A DNA stretch of 64,000 bases from Bradymonadia bacterium. GTDB lineage: Bacteria > Myxococcota_A > Bradymonadia > UBA7976 > UBA1532. Under the pieces are notes generated by a model. The model was not told the origin of the DNA. It searched no databases and worked only from the letters and a program-made list of their open reading frames with translations. Made by a program: the position numbers and the translations under genes. This document shows positions 50,501-60,142 of this stretch, piece after piece (position 1 is the stretch's first letter; each line of letters starts with the position of its first letter). Where the stretch lies: NCBI GenBank assembly GCA_046290225.1, contig JBKAGE010000037.1, positions 349,449-413,448 on the forward strand, in the 5' to 3' direction.

Positions 50501-51465
50501 AGGAGATCCTCCTGGGCACTGAGCCCCTCGAGGCAGACACCGACGAGGACGGTCTGCTCGACGGTGAAGAAATCGCCGGGCGTACAGATCCTCTTGATGA
50601 CGACTCCGACGACGACACGCTGCTCGACGGGGTGGAGGTGAACGGGGACAACCCCACTGATCCCAACAACCGGGACTCCGACGCAGATGGCCTGCCCGAT
50701 GGCCTGGAGGACGCCAACGCCGATGGCGCCCGTGGCCCTCGAGAGACTGATCCGAACAACGCCGACACGGATGGCGGCGGCCTCGACGATGGTGACGAGA
50801 TCAACGAGGGGAAGGATCCCCTCAATCCAGAAGACGACATCCCACCCATGCCCCCTGCAGACTCTGATGGCGATGGCCTCACCGACGCAGAAGAGGCAGA
50901 GCTCGGCACGGACCCGAACGATCCCGACACCGATGGTGATGGCCTCACTGATGGGGAGGAGGTCGCCGGCGGCACTGATCCGCTCACGCCAGAAGAGCCC
51001 GAGATGCCCATCGATGAAGATGCTGATGACGATGGCCTCACCGATGCCGAGGAGGCAGAGCTCGGTACTGATCCCAATGATCCGGACACGGATGATGATG
51101 GCCTCTCTGATGCTGAGGAAGCCGAAGGGCCCACAGATCCGACAGATCCGGATACAGACAACGACGGTCTCTGCGATGGCCCATCACAGCTGTCGGATCC
51201 GTGCGTCGATGGTGAAGATCTGAACAGAAACGGCAGGGTGGACGCCGGCGAGACAGATCCGACGAACCCGGACACCGATGGCGATGGCGCCACGGATGGT
51301 CTCGAGGTCTTGAACGGGCGGGATCCGCTGACGCCCGACTCAGCCACCGTGGCACCTCCAGGAGATGGTGGTGGCTGCAGCACGACGGGCGGCTCGACCC
51401 CTGCCATGTTGGGGCTGCTCCTGCTCACCCTCGGCCTGCTCCCGGGCAGGCGCCGATGGCGATGA
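44554..51465 (+). CDS. Giant surface protein: Ig-like/DUF11-like domains + long array of TSP3-like DxDxDG Ca-binding repeats + MYXO-CTERM
   Basis: 2303 aa; signal peptide; [15 protein letters not shown]; dozens of DP..PD(T/S)D.DGL.DG.E units; C-terminal GGGCSTTGG...[17 protein letters not shown]. Confidence 0.88.
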   Translation: MRLHSLSLLFFFAFTGLSCPTSAQSLSGEVIAIDPPTGSRIVVGDVIEYGVQWRFPAGQIAGAVAEVQLAPQLALQNDQLQIIDNPALDYGRPLQPVVSPDGQSITAAFGDVSNNSGAEQILEMRLSAVLLDVPANADGAAISLVAAQSGGGVPFPIPQLTVDDPEINVAVIPAQIEGSADAVVVFDVLVSRIEAPADDADAHDVTLSVALPQGLSNLTLSSRSGPAPDLGTQLGADSLSAGWSTFPLGEATVFTLEATVDNPIVAGEVRTLTADASWTTQAGDPGALSDFSAEARERTLSASATGSVSVGDYTIVGQPVGSEAQGDKVVPGEQITITFEVTPPEGSQASTSFTSTLEGLTPVAGRATVPPPLTVTGDLVAEVIGDEVRWSWTDFDNPTRGGVSPTMTFEIDAVVDDLEGQTLLAQRAVTLASNVAQGTADVFVARPFVTLSPGQMQPVDGRDEILFSWGVLNNGQRPAYNVQLQVDAGPALSQVGVLEGTCLPDGDGRLAAPLDAQGFCTLVARLRVDDDVPAGSALDFSASVSWSTLSETPPGLTAMNSTASTASVPDPTLAFALSGAEPETGLAPATTLGQRLLFDHVIDVPEGISPSMTLEIIVPPALALDSVELIAGEYPGALPQGVFQGPGAPGAGVTLDLGDLLNPADNNADNDTFTLRAIVVPQDLPNVAQEGLVQSILRMDGEAVGSGQQLTTVVRPEAELELLTSNPSPREAQLVPIQITVENSGDGLLCDARVDLTWPSGFTLTDAEADGIIVDGPNTGHVDLTGCIDPDEDEDKVVRLTADAALPPDPVQVVATLQRFNSLPGGLGIELTPELNTPLALTPQAPRLSFDVEVTDDNGGLVEPGDQLTYRVTAENTGTGTALNTQITAPLDPDTVFVEGSVVSTGAASAVQGEPPGLLALVGGMAPGESVDITFAVQVIFPRPPGTEISLVARLDTNDGYGGLEAVAPVLTVSADQDQDGDGVPSPLDPDDADPDSDDDGLCDGAFPVEGVCVAGEDLDADGVVDPGETDPNNPDSDADGLSDAVERLSPRPTDPNRIDTDDDGLDDALEDANRNGLTDPGETDPTRADTDGGGVNDGAEIGAGTDPLDPADDAVDTDGDGLTDQQERALGTRVDRPDTDNDGLLDGVEVNGNNPTDPLLFDTDDDGLSDGEEDANRDGALSPGETNPNTFDSDFGGDPDGVEVAAGQDPLDPNDDGPGDPDGDGLINARERALGTRIDLADTDTDGLTDGIEVDGDNPTNPRVADTDGDGLDDGEEDTDRDGVRDADETDPNNPDTDDGGVNDGGEVALGTDPLDPDDDPLDTDRDGIPDNQEAELGTDPFRPDTDADGLSDALELFGENPTNPRVRDTDVDGINDGVEDANRNGRLDPGETDPARADTDGGGASDGEENRNGTDPLDPSDDIPPDADDDGLTDEEEAALGTDPNNPDTDQDGVLDGVEVNRDPPLNPLNADTDGDNLCDGSLPVPGVCFEGEDIDADGLYGELETDPTRADTDGGGVDDGQERLVAGTDPLDAADDPGADFDGDGVENQAEIAAGTDPRNPDSDDDGLSDGEEPDLGTNPLLADTDEDGLSDLIETQDFSRTDPLDPDSDDDGLLDGQEDANGNGLVDAGETDPSLLDSDGGGVSDGREVNRDGTDPRNGADDGTADIDEDGLTDAEEAQVGSDPDRPDSDDDGLLDGAEVAAGTDPLDPDSDDDGLSDAIELQRDPPLDPLDADTDDDGLCDGQPPVPEAVECSAGEDLNADGLLDPGESDPALADTDGGGTDDGDEVLRDETDPQNPDDDTAGDEDQDGLDAEQEAAAGTDPLDPDSDDDGLLDGTEVTAGTDPLDPDSDDDGLSDAIELQRDPPLDPLDADTDDDGLCDGPGEASEDEDIDPCVGAEDANADGVLDDDEPDPSQADTDGGGINDGLEVIRDATDPRVAEDDGTGDRDMDGLNDQQEAALGTDPANPDSDDDGLADGEEILLGTEPLEADTDEDGLLDGEEIAGRTDPLDDDSDDDTLLDGVEVNGDNPTDPNNRDSDADGLPDGLEDANADGARGPRETDPNNADTDGGGLDDGDEINEGKDPLNPEDDIPPMPPADSDGDGLTDAEEAELGTDPNDPDTDGDGLTDGEEVAGGTDPLTPEEPEMPIDEDADDDGLTDAEEAELGTDPNDPDTDDDGLSDAEEAEGPTDPTDPDTDNDGLCDGPSQLSDPCVDGEDLNRNGRVDAGETDPTNPDTDGDGATDGLEVLNGRDPLTPDSATVAPPGDGGGCSTTGGSTPAMLGLLLLTLGLLPGRRRWR

Positions 51466-51475
51466 AGGCGTCGTT

Positions 51476-52600
51476 GTGAGATGGGCGCTCCTCCTCCTCT
51501 GTCTCTGGGGGTGTGACAGCAACACGACCACCTCAGGGGATGATCCCACAGATGCTGTCCCCTTCCCGGACTCGGCGCTGTTGGACATGGGGGTCGTGGA
51601 TGTGGGCCTGACGGATGCGCAACCTCGACCTGATGCCTCGATGATCCCACCCCACGATGGCGGCGTGACTCAAATGGACGCCGGGCAACTCGACGGTGCA
51701 CTCTCTGACTTCGACCTGCCGGACATCGAGTTGGCCGATGCAGAGGTGCCTGATGGCGCGGCGTCCGATGCCATCTTGCTGGACGGTGAGGCCTCTGACG
51801 CTGCACAGCCTGACGCAGAAGCGTTGCCTCCACCGTGGGTGCGTTGGGATCAAGATCGAGTGCGCATCCCCGCGGGCTTCTTTGTTCGGGGCAGCCGCCT
51901 GCCCGTGCACCCCGAGCGGGAGAAGCCTCAGCGCGCCATAGAGATGTCGGCCTTCGAGATTCACCGGGACGAGGTTTCGCTTCGGGCCTGGGCTGACTGC
52001 GTCGAGGCGGGCGCATGTGAGGTGCCCGGAGATGGCTCTGGCTGTACCTGGCCCCTCAGAGACTCCGCTCCGCGCTTGCCGGTGACCTGCGTGAGTCGCG
52101 ACCAGGCACGGGCATACTGCGTGGCCCTCGGGGGTGATCTACCCACAGAGGCGCAATGGGAATATGCCGCCCGTGGGGCCTGTAATCAGCGCGGCGACGG
52201 CGTGTGCGAGCAGGGCATCGATGATCCGGACTTTCCCTGGCCGGGGCCAGAGCTGGGCTGTCGTCAGGCCCGGAGTCAGCTCTGCCCGGACTGGTCGGAA
52301 GGGCCAGAGCAGGTCTGGTGGCGCTCACCGGATGGCGACAGCATCTTCGGTGTGCGCAACATGGGTGGAAACGTGGCGGAGTGGGTGCTCGACGACTATG
52401 TCGAGGACGCCTATGTGCCCGTCGAAGGTGATGCGCTGGATCCCGTGGTGATTCAGCCTGGCACCCCAGGCATCGTCCGGGGTGGGCACTACGCCACCCC
52501 TGGGGTACAGGCCCTGAGAGTCGCTCACCGGCAACCTGCTGATCCAGCGACGCCACGCCCCGAGCAAGGGGTGCGTTGTGCCTTCCCAGCTGCCCCCTGA
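51476..52600 (+). CDS. FGE-sulfatase (SUMF1) domain lipoprotein
   Basis: LWG-C lipobox, acidic PDA linker, LPTEAQWEYAARG, MGGNVAEWV, RGG, GVRC. Confidence 0.85.
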   Translation: MRWALLLLCLWGCDSNTTTSGDDPTDAVPFPDSALLDMGVVDVGLTDAQPRPDASMIPPHDGGVTQMDAGQLDGALSDFDLPDIELADAEVPDGAASDAILLDGEASDAAQPDAEALPPPWVRWDQDRVRIPAGFFVRGSRLPVHPEREKPQRAIEMSAFEIHRDEVSLRAWADCVEAGACEVPGDGSGCTWPLRDSAPRLPVTCVSRDQARAYCVALGGDLPTEAQWEYAARGACNQRGDGVCEQGIDDPDFPWPGPELGCRQARSQLCPDWSEGPEQVWWRSPDGDSIFGVRNMGGNVAEWVLDDYVEDAYVPVEGDALDPVVIQPGTPGIVRGGHYATPGVQALRVAHRQPADPATPRPEQGVRCAFPAAP

Positions 52601-52647
52601 GGCGTCGTCCGACCCCCTGCAGAGATGACCGTGCTACTCTGCGGGCC

Positions 52648-54156
52648 ATGAATCAGCGCCACACATCTTCAGCGGTGGTCACCCTGCGCAGTGTCAGCAA
52701 AGGGTTCGGCGGCAAGACCATCCTCGACGCTGTCGATCTCGAACTGCATGCCGGCCAGATTACGGTGGTGGTGGGGCCCTCCGGCGGAGGCAAGTCGGTG
52801 CTGCTCGATCTCATCCTCGGGCTGCTCGAGCCTGATGCCGGCAGCGTGCGGGTGAGCGGTCGGGTGGGCATGGTCTTTCAGGACGGCGCCCTCTTCGATG
52901 ACCTCACCGTGGGCGACAACCTCGCCTTCCCTGCCCGCCGCATGGCCCCCGAGGCCCGTAACCAGCTCGTAAACGAGGCCGCCGAGGCCGTAGGGCTCGC
53001 GCCAGGGCACCTCGCCGCTCGGCCCAGTCAGCTGTCTGGCGGTCTACGCAAGCGAGCGGCCATCGCCCGAGCGCTCGTACAGGGGCCGCCGATTCTGCTC
53101 TACGACGAGCCCACTGCAGGCCTTGATGCCGCCTCTGGCGCCAAAATCGGCCACGCGATCCTCGCCGCCCGGGCGGCCCGGGCCGAACAATCGGCCCTGG
53201 TGGTCACCCACGACTACGCCCTCGTGGCTCAGATCGCCGACGAAGTGCTCTATCTCGATCCCGAGGCCCACCGCCTCGTGCCCCTGTTCACCGCCGAGGC
53301 CCTCGCCGAGCTGGGTGAGCAGACTGATCCGACCCGTGTGCGGGCGGTACGCGACGGCCTCGAGGCCCACTTCGCCGCAGCTGATCCGCCGCCGAGTGAG
53401 CCGGGCACCGCCAAACCTCCCCTGTTCGGGCGCTTCTTGGGTCAGCTGCGCCAGGGCGTCACCGGATGGGGTGTGTTGCGAGGCCTGCGCCTGCCACCAC
53501 TGGCGGCGGTCATGCGCCGTTTCTGGGAGCTCGGCCTCACCAGCATCCCTGCCGTCGCGGTTTCAGGTCTCGTCTTGGGGCTGGTCTCGGCACTCCAAAT
53601 CGGTCAGGCCCTCGATGGCACGCTCGGCGACATGGATCCACTGCCAGCGTTGCTCGGGGTGGTGCTCTGTCACCATGTGGGACCGCTCTACACCGGCCTG
53701 TTCCTCGCAGGGCGGGTGGGCGCCCGGGTGGCCAGCGAGGTGGGGGTGAAGACCTACCTGAGGCAGGGCGACGCCCTCGACACCTTCGGGGTGACCCCCG
53801 AGGCCCACTGGCTTTCTCCCATGGCCCTCGCGGCACTGCTGGCGTTTCCGTTGCTGGCGATCATTTTGGAAGCCTTTGGCGTGCTCGGCGGTTTCCTCAC
53901 CTATGTGGGCTTCTACGCCCAGAACACCGCAGGCTTTGAACACACCGTGCTCGCCGACGTCCGCTGGGGGCCCTTCGCCCTGGGCCTCGCCCGGGCGGCG
54001 GTCTGCGGGCTGGTGGTGGTCACACTGGCCTTCAACGCCGGCCGAGGGGCCAGGCGCGGCAGCGACGCCGTGGGTCGCGGCACCACCCGCGCCGTGGTTT
54101 CGGGCCTTCTGGGCATTATTCTGGTGGAGCTGATCTTCGGGTTGCTCTCTGTGTGA
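52648..54156 (+). CDS. MlaF-like ABC ATPase fused to an MlaE-like permease
   Basis: GPSGGGKS, FQDGALFD, LSGGLRKR, LLYDEP, VTHD, then GPLYTGLFLAGRVG...VGRGTTRAVV in one continuous frame. Confidence 0.85.
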   Translation: MNQRHTSSAVVTLRSVSKGFGGKTILDAVDLELHAGQITVVVGPSGGGKSVLLDLILGLLEPDAGSVRVSGRVGMVFQDGALFDDLTVGDNLAFPARRMAPEARNQLVNEAAEAVGLAPGHLAARPSQLSGGLRKRAAIARALVQGPPILLYDEPTAGLDAASGAKIGHAILAARAARAEQSALVVTHDYALVAQIADEVLYLDPEAHRLVPLFTAEALAELGEQTDPTRVRAVRDGLEAHFAAADPPPSEPGTAKPPLFGRFLGQLRQGVTGWGVLRGLRLPPLAAVMRRFWELGLTSIPAVAVSGLVLGLVSALQIGQALDGTLGDMDPLPALLGVVLCHHVGPLYTGLFLAGRVGARVASEVGVKTYLRQGDALDTFGVTPEAHWLSPMALAALLAFPLLAIILEAFGVLGGFLTYVGFYAQNTAGFEHTVLADVRWGPFALGLARAAVCGLVVVTLAFNAGRGARRGSDAVGRGTTRAVVSGLLGIILVELIFGLLSV

Positions 54157-54245
54157 CGCCTCAACAACGTACGCCGGGTCCACTACACTCGGTGTGCCTC
54201 ACGCGCATGCCACGTGCACGTGTCAACTGAACCGTGGAGGACTCC

Positions 54246-55193
54246 ATGACTCGCTGGCGACTGCCCCTCACCGCCTCGCTCTGTGCAAGCGCCGTCATCG
54301 TCACCACCGCCTTGAGCGCTTGCAGTGAAGAGCCGGTCCTCTTCGAGGTGACCTTTCCCGAGACCGGTGGCCTCAAGCCCGGTGACAACGTGGTGCTCCA
54401 TGGCCTCTCGATCGGCCAGGTGAGAGACATCGACATCGACACCGCTCAGGAAGGCGTGGTGGTGAAGGTGGAGATCACCCCCAAGCACCGCCCGCACCTC
54501 AAAGAAGGTGTCGCGTTCTCCGTGGCCTCGGAGAAGCTGGTCACGGGCAAGCAGATGCTGGTGATGCAGCCCGCCCCAGCCGAAGCCCCCGCCTTGAAGC
54601 CGGGCAGTCGCATTGCCGGCGCTGCGCTGTCTCCAGGGCCCGTGGACCAGATCGAAGACGCCCTCAAGGGCACTGTCGTCGAAGCAGAGCACCGCGTGCG
54701 CAGCTTGATCCACCCCGATCAGATGCCCCCCCGTGCCACCGGCGCCACCATCGATCTCGATCGCCCCGGCCGCTTTGTACTCACCTTGCACACTGTCGAG
54801 GTCTACACCACGCAAGCAGACGGCGATGACTGGGATGGTATGGGGGCCGGTGATCCGGATTTGGTGGCCCAGGTCTGGGTGAACGATCGGCAGGTGATGC
54901 TCACGGAAGATTCCGAAGAGGCGTTCTTCGCCGAATGGCATGCCGACAGCGAGCCCTTCGACCTCACCAAAGGGCAAGCAGAGGTCCTCATCAAGATCCT
55001 CGATCGAGATGTGAGCTTCAATGACGAGATCGGAGTGATCACATTATCGCCGACCCCGGCCGACGCCCGCAGCGGCCGCCGATTCCGGCTGGCAGGGGGC
55101 CGAGTGAAAGAGGCAGTCATCTCGCTGCGGCCCGCCGGACAGGCTGCAGCAAAAGACACGCCCACAGAGCAGGCACCCTCCAAACAACTGTGA
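54246..55193 (+). CDS. MlaD/MCE-domain lipoprotein with a C-terminal C2-like domain
   Basis: LSA-C lipobox; FPETGGLKPGDNVVLHGLSIGQV (MCE); WDGMGAGDPD...W...IKILDRDVSFNDEIG (C2-like). Confidence 0.8.
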   Translation: MTRWRLPLTASLCASAVIVTTALSACSEEPVLFEVTFPETGGLKPGDNVVLHGLSIGQVRDIDIDTAQEGVVVKVEITPKHRPHLKEGVAFSVASEKLVTGKQMLVMQPAPAEAPALKPGSRIAGAALSPGPVDQIEDALKGTVVEAEHRVRSLIHPDQMPPRATGATIDLDRPGRFVLTLHTVEVYTTQADGDDWDGMGAGDPDLVAQVWVNDRQVMLTEDSEEAFFAEWHADSEPFDLTKGQAEVLIKILDRDVSFNDEIGVITLSPTPADARSGRRFRLAGGRVKEAVISLRPAGQAAAKDTPTEQAPSKQL

Positions 55194-55433
55194 GCCCATG
55201 ACCCCCTGACCAAGGTGGGTCACGCTGGACCTGTATCACTCTGTGACGGCATAGCCTGTTATGGTCCATGGTTCTCCAGAGACCCACTTCTAATACCTCG
55301 CAAAGCCTCAAAATCTATACTGGGCATATGTTTTGGGTCAGAACCCTCTACAGACCCTCAAGCATGCCCCTGCGACACCCGTAGAATAGATCGTATGTGA
55401 CAACCCGCGCCTCACACTCAGGATGCACATCTG

Positions 55434-57107
55434 ATGGCAGCAGAACTCCCTACGCCTCCTGCAGGACTGATGATGGTGGTCAAAGCCGCCAGCGATCCAG
55501 ACTGCACCATGGGTAAAATCGGGCAGCTGATCGGCATGGAGCCGACGCTGACGACCTCGCTCCTGCGCATGTCCAACAGCGCGAGCTATGGTCTGGGTCG
55601 CCCGATCCGCACCGTCAAGCAAGCGACTGTGCTGCTCGGCACGCGGACGATCCGCAACATCGCGGTCACCACCGCCGTGCAAGTCACCATGGGCAAGGTG
55701 GACACCGGGGACTTCGACAACGTGAAGTTCTGGGAAGACTCCCTCAGGCGCGCCACGGCAGCCCTCATCGTCGCCCGCCATGCAGGCTACGAGGAGCCCT
55801 CTGAAGCCTTCACGATCGGCCTGCTGCAGGAGCTGGGCATCTTGATGATGGCGGTGCAGTCGCCCGAACATCAGCAGGCCCTGCAAGACGTCTCCGAGCG
55901 GCCCATCGACGAGCGCCGCGAGCGCGAGCGCTCTCTCATGGGTATGGATCACGCCGAGCTGTTCGTGTCCACGGCCCGAGAGTGGGGCCTGCCCCAGGAC
56001 ATGATCGAGGTCATCGGCACGCAGTATCGCACCAATACCCGGTCAGAGGATCGCCGCACGGCCCGCCTCGTGAGCATCGCCCGGGTGGCCACGGCCATCT
56101 CCGACGTGGTGCAGACCAAGGGGCAAGGGCAGGCCATGGCCCAAGCGCGTGGTGCCCTGAGCCAGCTGCCGAGCCGTGAGAAGGATCTCGAGCTGGAGCA
56201 GCTCATCGAAGAGATCAACGAGCACATGCTCAAGGCCTCTGAAGAGATGGGCATCCGCATCAAGTCGCAGCCCACCTACCAGGCCCTCATGGAGCAGGCG
56301 AACGCCGCCCTGGTGGACATCAACCTCAGCTACGAGGAGCTGACCCGCCGTCTCGAGCAAGCGCTCAAGGAGAAGGAGTCGCTCGCCCGTGAGCTGCAGG
56401 CGAAGAACGAGCAGCTGCGCCGCCTCGCCGCCACCGACGCCCTGACGCAGGTGGCCAACCGACGCCACTTCACCGAGATGTTCCAGAGCACGCTGGCTCA
56501 GGCACAGACATCGGGGCAGCCGGTGACGCTGCTTATGTTCGACATCGATCACTTCAAGAAGATCAACGACACCTATGGCCACGCTGCCGGCGATGAGGTG
56601 CTCAAGGCCTTCGTGAAGCGCATCGCCAAGGCGATCAGGCCAGAAGATCTGGTGGGCCGCCTCGGCGGTGAGGAGTTCGGGGTCCTGCTCGGTGGATGCG
56701 GCCGTGTTCAAGGTCGCGGTGTGTCCGGCCGCATTCGACAGGCGATCCGCTCGGAGCAGTTCCGCCTCGACGATGGTCAGATGATCACGGTGACGAGCAG
56801 CATCGGCGGGGTCACTGCCGTGGCGCCTACGGCCCTCGCTGTGGACGATCTCTTCAAGAAAGCCGACGAGGCACTCTACGAGAGCAAGCGCAATGGTCGA
56901 GATCGCGTGACCTGGGGTGAGACGAAAGAGGCTGGGGCACCGCCGAAGGCCACCAACACGCAAGGCAACGCAGGTCGCTCGAGCACCGGGCGTCCGGCGG
57001 CCCAGGGCCGCCCTGCTGCAGGCCGGGTGGCGCCAGGCCGCGCCACGCAGACTCGGGCCGGCGCTTCGGGCCGGCCCGGCGGTCGGGTCACCCTCCCCCG
57101 GAGCTGA
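55434..57107 (+). CDS. HDOD + GGDEF diguanylate cyclase
   Basis: LLRMSNSASYG...FW...GLLQELG..DHAE (HDOD); DIDHFKKINDTYGH, RPED I-site, GGEEF. Confidence 0.92.
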   Translation: MAAELPTPPAGLMMVVKAASDPDCTMGKIGQLIGMEPTLTTSLLRMSNSASYGLGRPIRTVKQATVLLGTRTIRNIAVTTAVQVTMGKVDTGDFDNVKFWEDSLRRATAALIVARHAGYEEPSEAFTIGLLQELGILMMAVQSPEHQQALQDVSERPIDERRERERSLMGMDHAELFVSTAREWGLPQDMIEVIGTQYRTNTRSEDRRTARLVSIARVATAISDVVQTKGQGQAMAQARGALSQLPSREKDLELEQLIEEINEHMLKASEEMGIRIKSQPTYQALMEQANAALVDINLSYEELTRRLEQALKEKESLARELQAKNEQLRRLAATDALTQVANRRHFTEMFQSTLAQAQTSGQPVTLLMFDIDHFKKINDTYGHAAGDEVLKAFVKRIAKAIRPEDLVGRLGGEEFGVLLGGCGRVQGRGVSGRIRQAIRSEQFRLDDGQMITVTSSIGGVTAVAPTALAVDDLFKKADEALYESKRNGRDRVTWGETKEAGAPPKATNTQGNAGRSSTGRPAAQGRPAAGRVAPGRATQTRAGASGRPGGRVTLPRS

Positions 57108-57669
57108 ACGCCGGCTCGAGCGCAGCCGGATCGAGCCGCGGCAGGCTGATGGGCTTCACTGGCGGTTCCGGTGGCTCTCTCAACCCCAGCCGCCACCACC
57201 CCACATCTCTCCACGCCCCAGCTTTGTAGCCGATCTTCGGGTACACCCCGATGAGGGTGAAGCCCATGGACTCGTGCAGCCCCACACTGGCGGCGTTGGG
57301 CAGCGCGATGCCCGCGAAGACGTGCACGAACTGCTGAGCCCTCAAGATCTCGAACAATGTGGTGTACAGCCGACGCCCGAGGCCCATGCCCCGGGCCTGC
57401 GGAGCGAGATACACCGAAGCCTCGACGCCCCACTGATACGCCATCCGGCTACGATGTGGCCCGGCGTAGGCATAGCCGATGATCTGCCCGCTCTCTTCGG
57501 CCACGAGCCACGGCCACCGCCTCAACACCGTGGTGATGCGTTTCTCAAGCGCCTCATGGGTGGGCACCTCGGTCTCGAAGGTGGCGTGGCCCCCAGTGAT
57601 GTGTGGGGCGTAGATGGCGTGGATCGCAGCAGTGTCGTCGGCTGTGGCCAGCCGGATGCTCACTGGCAT
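57088..57669 (-). CDS. GNAT N-acetyltransferase (phosphinothricin/ArsN1-like)
   Basis: ATFETEVP, GYAYAG.HR.R.AY.W, GIALPNAASVGLHE..GF, GYKAG.W.DV. Confidence 0.88.
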   Translation of the reverse strand: MPVSIRLATADDTAAIHAIYAPHITGGHATFETEVPTHEALEKRITTVLRRWPWLVAEESGQIIGYAYAGPHRSRMAYQWGVEASVYLAPQARGMGLGRRLYTTLFEILRAQQFVHVFAGIALPNAASVGLHESMGFTLIGVYPKIGYKAGAWRDVGWWRLGLREPPEPPVKPISLPRLDPAALEPAFSSGGG

Positions 57670-59570
57670 CGCTCCACCTCGGTCTCGATGGTGTAGCGGG
57701 CGCTGCAGTTCTGGCAGGACAAGAACAACCAGGCGTCCCCTGAGTTGCAGCCCGTGGAGAGGATCTGCTGCGCACCGAGCACACCTTCTTCCACGGGGAA
57801 GCCGTCTTCGTTGACCAGGGCGTATCGCGGCGCGTCACCGCTGTTGGTCAGCGTGGTGACGACGATGGTGGCCTCGCGGTTGTTCCGCACCCGCACCAGA
57901 TACCAGTCATCGTCTGCAGGGCACAGCTGGGACTGAATCTCGGCGCCGCCACCGATGCGAGTAGCCTGGTCGAGGATGTCGTTCTCCTCGAGGTTGTCGT
58001 CGACACACTCCGGTTGAGGCTGAGGATCGATGCAGGTGCCCTGATTGGGGTCGAGGCAGATGCCGCTGCCTCCACCGACGTCGAGGCACTCGAGGCCTGG
58101 CGGGCAGCCGCCGGCTCCGCAATACGACACACACCGGTTGGTGCCATCCTGGCTCACCGGACCACAGAGTGCCGTGGCGCCACAATCAGCGGGCTCATCG
58201 CAGGGCGTACAGGCGCTCGCGGTGTCGCCGGGCACACACCGCCCACCCATGCACACGCTGCCATTGATGCATTCGAAGGGGCTGGTGCAGTTGGGGGCCG
58301 TGGGCAGGCACCGCCCAAAGACGCACTGACGCGGGCCGCCGAGATCCTCGCCGCAGTCATCGCTGGTCTCACACAGCTGAACGGGCTCGCACACCCCGCC
58401 GCTGCAAACCCCTGTGTCACACTCTTCGTCGAAGAAGCACTCCTGGGCCTGACAGAACACATCCGGGCGACAAATCCCGGCGTCACAGAAAGTGCCTTGG
58501 GGGCATTGACCGGCATCGCACGGCTGCAGACACACCCCGAGGAACTCTTCGTCACACACGAGCCCGGCGCCACAGGTACCGCCACGGCCACAGGGCACGC
58601 AGATCTGACCGCGATACCCAGGGGCGCACTGGTACACGTCGAGATCGCAGTAGGTGCCTTCAGGGCACATACCGTCGGCGGTGCAGGCCACACACCGATT
58701 CTCGTCCCGCAGACATCTCAGGCCGTCGGGGCAGCCCTGATCTGCGCAGGTAGGCTCGGGCACACAGGCGTCGTCGAGGCACACCTCGCCTGGGGGGCAG
58801 CCCTCGGGGCATCCACCCATGATGGGCACGCAGGCGTTGTCGACGCAGACCTGCCCGTCGGGACAGCCGAGCTCTTCGCATCCCATGGGAATCTGGGGTG
58901 TGCACTGACCGCTGCTGCACATCTCTCCTGGGGGGCAATCCTCGTCGAGGATGCACTCTTCCTGACGCACACACCGACCAGGGGGGAGCATGCACGACAG
59001 GCCTGGGGCGCACTCCTCGTCGCTGCTGCACTCCGGGCCCCGGAACCGGCAAGGATTGCCGGGCTGAGGACACTCGAAGTCCTGTGGGCAGTCGCCGTCG
59101 TCCTGGCAGACGGCCGGTTGGGGCTGGCAGATGTTCTCGAGTCGATCGCAGATGAGCCCCGGATCACAATCGCCGTCGACGAGGCACTGGCCGCTGCGCG
59201 GGCTGATCGAGAAGCTGCGGAAGCCCTCGTCGGGGGACCGGTCGCTGCCACCAGGGCCATCGACACGGACGGCGAACTCGATCTCGGTGCCGGGGGCTGC
59301 ACCAGGGATGAGACCGATCCACCGCCGGCCATCGACTCGGCTCAGAGCGACCTCTTCGGGCAGGGTTTCGCCACCAACCCGCCACAACACGACCCCCCCA
59401 TCGACGAGGCCGTCAGCGACGACGGCCACCTGATAGGGGCCCACGGGGTTGGCGGTGTCTCGGGGGCTCTCGATCTCGATGATGCGTGGGGCTGCGGTCT
59501 GTCCGCAGCCCGTCAACAACAGGGCGAGCAGGGCGCCGAGCGTGGCGTTGTAGATGGACTGAGTGCGCAT
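57660..59570 (-). CDS. Cys-rich repeat lipoprotein with a C-terminal PPC-like domain
   Basis: LTG-C lipobox; many CxxDxxC/CPxGxxC units; EEND...DDDWY. Confidence 0.78.
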   Translation of the reverse strand: MRTQSIYNATLGALLALLLTGCGQTAAPRIIEIESPRDTANPVGPYQVAVVADGLVDGGVVLWRVGGETLPEEVALSRVDGRRWIGLIPGAAPGTEIEFAVRVDGPGGSDRSPDEGFRSFSISPRSGQCLVDGDCDPGLICDRLENICQPQPAVCQDDGDCPQDFECPQPGNPCRFRGPECSSDEECAPGLSCMLPPGRCVRQEECILDEDCPPGEMCSSGQCTPQIPMGCEELGCPDGQVCVDNACVPIMGGCPEGCPPGEVCLDDACVPEPTCADQGCPDGLRCLRDENRCVACTADGMCPEGTYCDLDVYQCAPGYRGQICVPCGRGGTCGAGLVCDEEFLGVCLQPCDAGQCPQGTFCDAGICRPDVFCQAQECFFDEECDTGVCSGGVCEPVQLCETSDDCGEDLGGPRQCVFGRCLPTAPNCTSPFECINGSVCMGGRCVPGDTASACTPCDEPADCGATALCGPVSQDGTNRCVSYCGAGGCPPGLECLDVGGGSGICLDPNQGTCIDPQPQPECVDDNLEENDILDQATRIGGGAEIQSQLCPADDDWYLVRVRNNREATIVVTTLTNSGDAPRYALVNEDGFPVEEGVLGAQQILSTGCNSGDAWLFLSCQNCSARYTIETEVERCQ

Positions 59571-59654
59571 ACACAGGGGTGTAGCATGATCGACGGGGAC
59601 GATGGCAGCGGGTGGATGCAGGGTGAGTGAAGAATAAGCGCAGCGCTCAACCCC

Positions 59655-60113
59655 TCAACGCAGTTGATCGCACATGAGCTCAGGCGGGTTCACCATGCGA
59701 CAGGGCGTCGACATGCCCTCAGAGTCCCAGCAGTCGAGCACACACGCGCAGAAGCCCTCCGAGTCACAGGGCACGTACACCGCCCGCTCTCGGGCCACCA
59801 CCTGACGATCGTCACACGAGAAGCGCTCGCCGCCATCAGCGCGATCCCCATAGATGACCGTGCCATCAGAGGCGTAGGTCACGTGGGGGCCTACAGGTCG
59901 CGTAAAGCCCACCGACTCATCGAAGTCGAGGCAAACTGCCCGCCGATCGCCTTCTTTGAGCGGTTGTTGCCCTGTGGGACACACCACCTCCTCCACGAGA
60001 GGGGGCTCACAACAGGGGGCGTCACGGCCAGAGCCCGGACCACACGGCGGCGTGGAGTCATCGTCACAGGCCACGAGGGCGAGGGTGGTCAGAAGAAGGA
60101 TCGTACTGCGCAT
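59655..60113 (-). CDS. Small Cys-rich lipoprotein
   Basis: LVA-C lipobox, 152 aa, multiple Cys. Confidence 0.65.
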   Translation of the reverse strand: MRSTILLLTTLALVACDDDSTPPCGPGSGRDAPCCEPPLVEEVVCPTGQQPLKEGDRRAVCLDFDESVGFTRPVGPHVTYASDGTVIYGDRADGGERFSCDDRQVVARERAVYVPCDSEGFCACVLDCWDSEGMSTPCRMVNPPELMCDQLR

Positions 60114-60142
60114 CAGGCTCAGTACTCTACCGGATCAGCGCC

